A DNA stretch of 64,000 bases from an uncultured Ignavibacteriaceae bacterium. GTDB lineage: Bacteria; Bacteroidota; Ignavibacteria; Ignavibacteriales; Ignavibacteriaceae. Each line of letters starts with the position of its first letter. Position 1 is the first letter of the stretch. The notes below the pieces were generated by a model that saw only the letters and a program-made list of their open reading frames with translations, did not search any database and was not told the origin of the DNA. The position numbers and the translations under genes are program-made. The DNA lies in the NCBI GenBank assembly GCA_964595355.1, contig CAZQQD010000001.1:1638-65637 (forward strand), read 5' to 3'. Below are positions 60,436 through 64,000 of the stretch, piece by piece.

Positions 60436-60464
60436 AAATTATGGATTTACTTTCTGCTAAGCAA
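60436..60464 (-). promoter_or_regulatory. sigma70-like promoter of the six-gene operon (TTGCTT-N17-TAATTT)
   Basis: The minus strand reads TTGCTT (60464-60459), a 17-nt spacer, then TAATTT (60441-60436). An AAGGGGGA Shine-Dalgarno follows, 5 nt before the ATG at 60395. Confidence 0.4.
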
Positions 60465-60900
60465 GATATATTAGTATAGCTGCATATTCTACCAATTTAT
60501 ACCTTTAAATAATTTTCATTTATTCTTTACAATTACTTAACTTATGCAGTTTTTAAAATGAGATTTCGATTTTATTAAATAAATCTTATCATTAATTTTA
60601 GGATAGCTGAATTAGTGGTTAAAAAGTAGTAAGGTAGTTTTATTCTACGCTTATTTAAGCTTTAAAAGAGCACCAGAACAGAAAATTTTTATATGACGGA
60701 GACTCTTTATGTTGATCATACAAACTAAAAATTAATAATTTTGTGCTTAATAAATTGTTATATTTTTTATATTTGATAGAATTAATCCCATTTAGAAATT
60801 TGTTTTAATACGGAATTGTTAATTGGAAATAGGATCCACTGAAAATAAAGTAATACACTTCGAACAAGAGCTTAAAGAGTTAAATAAAGTACTTTCTGAA

Positions 60901-63900
60901 ATAAAAGCAGAAGGCGTACTTCCAGCCGAAATTGGTAATAAATTAAAAAAGTTCGAAGAAATAATTGCCAACCTTAAGGAATCAGTCAGAGATTATATAC
61001 TCATCTCTGAAGCATCAATAGATGTGATTTTTCGCATTTCACTTACAGGCAAACTTATTTTTATTACCCCTTCCTGCGAAGAGGCGTTTGGTTATGAAAT
61101 TGATGACGTTTTAGGTAAATCATTCATACAATTTATTTCAAAAGAAAACACCAAATCTGTAATTGAAGCTCTTAAAAAATTTTTTAAAGAAAAAAAGCTT
61201 CGTAATTTTATCACAGCTGTAAATCATAAAAATGGTGAAGAAATACCTGTTGAAATAAACGCAAAAATTATTGAAATAAACGGGAAGATGCTTGGTCAGG
61301 GGACTATACACCTTATAAAAGAGAGAGTAAAATCAGAAAATAAATTAAGAGCTTCAGAAAATACTTTCAGAGCTGTTTGGGAAAGATCATCAGATGGCAT
61401 GCGTTTAACTGATGAAACCGGAGTTGTATTCATGTGCAACCAGGCTTATTCTAAAATGGTAGGAATGTCCAAAGAAGAAATTGAAGGGAAATTATTTTCA
61501 GTGGTTTACGATCAGGCTTTTGCATCTGTCGCATTAAAAAATTACCAACTAAGCATCCAAAAAGGTAACATACACTCCAAGTATGAATCGACAGTAAATT
61601 TGTGGAATGGGGCACAACTCGATTTTGAAATCTCAAACTCATTTCTTGAAGAAATAAATAATAAAAGATACTTGTTGAGTATATTCAGAGATATTACTGA
61701 TCGAAAATCGAGTGAATACCTTCTAAGAAAGAAAGATGACTTACTTCAGGGGATAGCTGAAGCTACCAGAAGCCTTATTTCGAACAGGGATATTAATACG
61801 GGTTTTAATTCGGCATTGAGAATTCTTGGTATTGCCGCTAATGTTGACAGAGTCTATATATATAAGCATGAGATAATCGAAGAAACAGAGGAACTTTATG
61901 CCAAACTTCTTTTTGAATGGTCAGCTGAATCTGCAACAGCACAAATTGAGGATCCTGCTTTACAAAAACTATCTTATTCGAGATTTGCCACTTTGAATTT
62001 TTATGAAAATTTTTCTAAAGGTAACTCGTTAAAATTTATTACTAAAGATTTACCTTCTCATGCTCAGAGTGCTTTTATTGATAAATCCATTAAATCTTTG
62101 ATACTTGTGCCTATAATGGTTGATGATCAGTACTGGGGATTTGTTGGCTTTGATGATCTTACCAAGGATCGTCTCTGGACTGATAACGAAGAATCATTGT
62201 TATTTACTATGTCGGCAACTATAGCTGCAGTAATAAAGAATAATAATATTTCCTCTGATCTGCGTGAAAAGAATAAGGAATTAGATATTGCCCTAGCCAG
62301 GGCTGAGTCAGCTGTAAAAGCTAAGAGTGAATTTCTTGCACTTATGTCGCACGAAATCAGAACACCAATGAATGGTGTTATTGGAATGACAGGGCTCCTT
62401 CTGGATACCAATCTTAATGAAGATCAGAGAGAGTATGTTGAAACGATTAGATTGAGTGGCGACCAGTTGCTGGTAATCATAAATGATATTCTTGACTTTT
62501 CAAAAATTGAATCAGAAAAACTTGAGCTTGAGCATCAGCCTTTTGATTTAAGAGATTGTATAGAAGATTCCCTTGATCTTGTAGCCCCACGAGCAGCAGA
62601 AAAGTCTCTTGACCTTGCTTACCTGATAGGAGACAATTCACCACTTACAATAATAGGTGATGTTACCAGATTAAGACAGATAATTATTAATCTTGTAAAC
62701 AATTCTGTCAAATTTACCGAAGAAGGTGAAGTTTTCGTTTCTGTTTCTGCTAAAAAAGTTGATGATAAATATGAATTGTTATTCTCTGTAAAAGATACGG
62801 GGATGGGGATTGCAGCTGATAAGATGGATCGCTTGTTTAAATCATTTAGTCAGGTTGATAGTTCAACTACCAGGACTCATGGCGGCACAGGGCTTGGTCT
62901 CGCTATAAGTCAAAGGCTTTCACAAATGATGGGCGGAAAAGTGTGGGTCGAGAGTGAAGTAGGCAAAGGCAGCACTTTTCATTTTACAATATTAGTTGAG
63001 TCCGCACCATCTAAATCTAAACTCTATTTAAGAGGAGACCAACCTGAACTGAAAAATAAAAAGGTTCTTATTGTTGATGATAATCAAACAAACAGGAGAA
63101 TAATACAGCTTCAGACTGAATCCTGGGGAATGGAATCCAAAATAGTTGAGTCGGGAGAAAAAGCCCTAAAGTTGTTTGAAAAGGGAGAAAAATTTGACAT
63201 TGCACTTTTTGATTATCAAATGCCGTATATGGATGGAATCAGTTTATCTCACGAAGTCAGAAAATATGAAAATGCTAAGGACATTCCTATAATTATACTT
63301 ACCTCAATTGGCAGAAAGGAGCAACTTACAGATTTTGATAGGATGAATCTAGCAGGTTTCATATCCAAACCTGTTAAACACGCCCAGTTGCAGGAAACAT
63401 TAATAAATGTTTTGAACGGAAAGGATAAAGGCAAAAAGGATAAATTCAGAAGAGAAGTAAGTATAGATAAAAAATTGGCTGAGCAAATGCCTTTGAGAAT
63501 TTTACTTGCTGAGGATAATGCAGTTAACCAAAGAGTTGCTCTGCGGATTTTAGAAAAGCTTGGCTACCGGGCAGATGTTGCTGCCACCGGTATAGAAGCA
63601 GTGGGAGCCGTAAGGAACATAAACTATGATATTGTTTTTATGGATGTTTTAATGCCTGAAATGGATGGTTTTGAGGCAACAAAAGTCATACTTGATGAAT
63701 TTCAACCTGACGATAGGCCGAAAATAATTGCAATGACCGCTAACGCGATGCAAGGAGATCGAGAATCTTGCCTTGAGGCGGGTATGGATGATTACTTAAG
63801 TAAACCGATAAGGATTGAGGATTTGCAGGTAATTATTTCTAAATGGGGAAAGAAAATTTATGATGAAAAAGATGAATTAATTTCTGAATTAAAATCTAAA

Positions 63901-64000
63901 AGTACCCATACTTCTTTAATTGACGAAAGCAAAATTACTTTTTTGCAGGACATTCAAAGTGAACAGGATCTGAAATTTTATATAGAATTGCTGGATATTT
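60901..64000 (+). CDS. hybrid sensor histidine kinase (PAS-PAS-GAF-HisKA-HATPase-REC-REC, start of an HPt-like tail), 3' end outside the window, 5' end ambiguous
   Basis: Hand translation: frame 1 is open from 60901 to 64000. It shows PAS ([28 protein letters not shown]), PAS ([19 protein letters not shown]), GAF ([11 protein letters not shown]...[17 protein letters not shown]), HisKA ([18 protein letters not shown]), HATPase ([26 protein letters not shown]), REC1 ([11 protein letters not shown]...[10 protein letters not shown]) and REC2 ([11 protein letters not shown]...[10 protein letters not shown]...KP). The first canonical in-frame start is GTG 61024. See the finding on a possible frameshift. 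Confidence 0.8.
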   Translation, partial: MKAEGVLPAEIGNKLKKFEEIIANLKESVRDYILISEASIDVIFRISLTGKLIFITPSCEEAFGYEIDDVLGKSFIQFISKENTKSVIEALKKFFKEKKLRNFITAVNHKNGEEIPVEINAKIIEINGKMLGQGTIHLIKERVKSENKLRASENTFRAVWERSSDGMRLTDETGVVFMCNQAYSKMVGMSKEEIEGKLFSVVYDQAFASVALKNYQLSIQKGNIHSKYESTVNLWNGAQLDFEISNSFLEEINNKRYLLSIFRDITDRKSSEYLLRKKDDLLQGIAEATRSLISNRDINTGFNSALRILGIAANVDRVYIYKHEIIEETEELYAKLLFEWSAESATAQIEDPALQKLSYSRFATLNFYENFSKGNSLKFITKDLPSHAQSAFIDKSIKSLILVPIMVDDQYWGFVGFDDLTKDRLWTDNEESLLFTMSATIAAVIKNNNISSDLREKNKELDIALARAESAVKAKSEFLALMSHEIRTPMNGVIGMTGLLLDTNLNEDQREYVETIRLSGDQLLVIINDILDFSKIESEKLELEHQPFDLRDCIEDSLDLVAPRAAEKSLDLAYLIGDNSPLTIIGDVTRLRQIIINLVNNSVKFTEEGEVFVSVSAKKVDDKYELLFSVKDTGMGIAADKMDRLFKSFSQVDSSTTRTHGGTGLGLAISQRLSQMMGGKVWVESEVGKGSTFHFTILVESAPSKSKLYLRGDQPELKNKKVLIVDDNQTNRRIIQLQTESWGMESKIVESGEKALKLFEKGEKFDIALFDYQMPYMDGISLSHEVRKYENAKDIPIIILTSIGRKEQLTDFDRMNLAGFISKPVKHAQLQETLINVLNGKDKGKKDKFRREVSIDKKLAEQMPLRILLAEDNAVNQRVALRILEKLGYRADVAATGIEAVGAVRNINYDIVFMDVLMPEMDGFEATKVILDEFQPDDRPKIIAMTANAMQGDRESCLEAGMDDYLSKPIRIEDLQVIISKWGKKIYDEKDELISELKSKSTHTSLIDESKITFLQDIQSEQDLKFYIELLDI

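Overview
AT-rich (roughly one-third G+C by eye, not computed), densely packed bacterial chromosomal segment with about 50 genes. Almost all of it is housekeeping. Content and synteny fit the Fibrobacteres-Chlorobi-Bacteroidetes group, most like an Ignavibacteria or Rhodothermus-type lineage; this taxonomy is inference only. The supporting features are a split nuoJKLMN cluster with an nhaD-like permease inserted between nuoM and nuoN, a purN-purH-mreBCD-mrdA-rodA-dcd-pyrF string, a TonB-dependent receptor, Sel1/TPR proteins and a DUF2851 protein. I found no rRNA, tRNA, CRISPR array, transposase, integrase, phage gene or recognisable defence or toxin-antitoxin module. Gene starts often use TTG or GTG, and several ORF-track starts look over-extended; I corrected these where an in-frame ATG with a better context exists. 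Two genes missing from the ORF track because they run off the window edges were recovered by hand translation: a TonB-dependent receptor (1-1555, minus) and a hybrid sensor kinase (about 60901-64000, plus). The best candidate for an undescribed system is a tight six-gene minus-strand operon (52525-60395). It joins citrate-lyase subunits (CitF plus a CitD-CitE fusion) to a PrpD-family dehydratase, a single-chain LeuCD/homoaconitase-type hydratase, an HD-domain protein and an isocitrate/homoisocitrate-family dehydrogenase, without the usual citC/citX/citG accessory genes. Secondary candidates are an 896-aa fusion of a flavoprotein oxidoreductase to a NapH-like polytopic 4Fe-4S membrane module (47539-50229), and the permease plus 121-aa orphan embedded in the complex I operon (7667-9460). 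Smaller oddities are a G9 tract in nuoM, an apparent 1-nt frameshift at the 5' end of the hybrid kinase, a 29-nt perfect palindrome, an 11-bp-phased direct repeat over a promoter, and four tail-to-tail gene pairs with overlapping or nearly touching stop codons.
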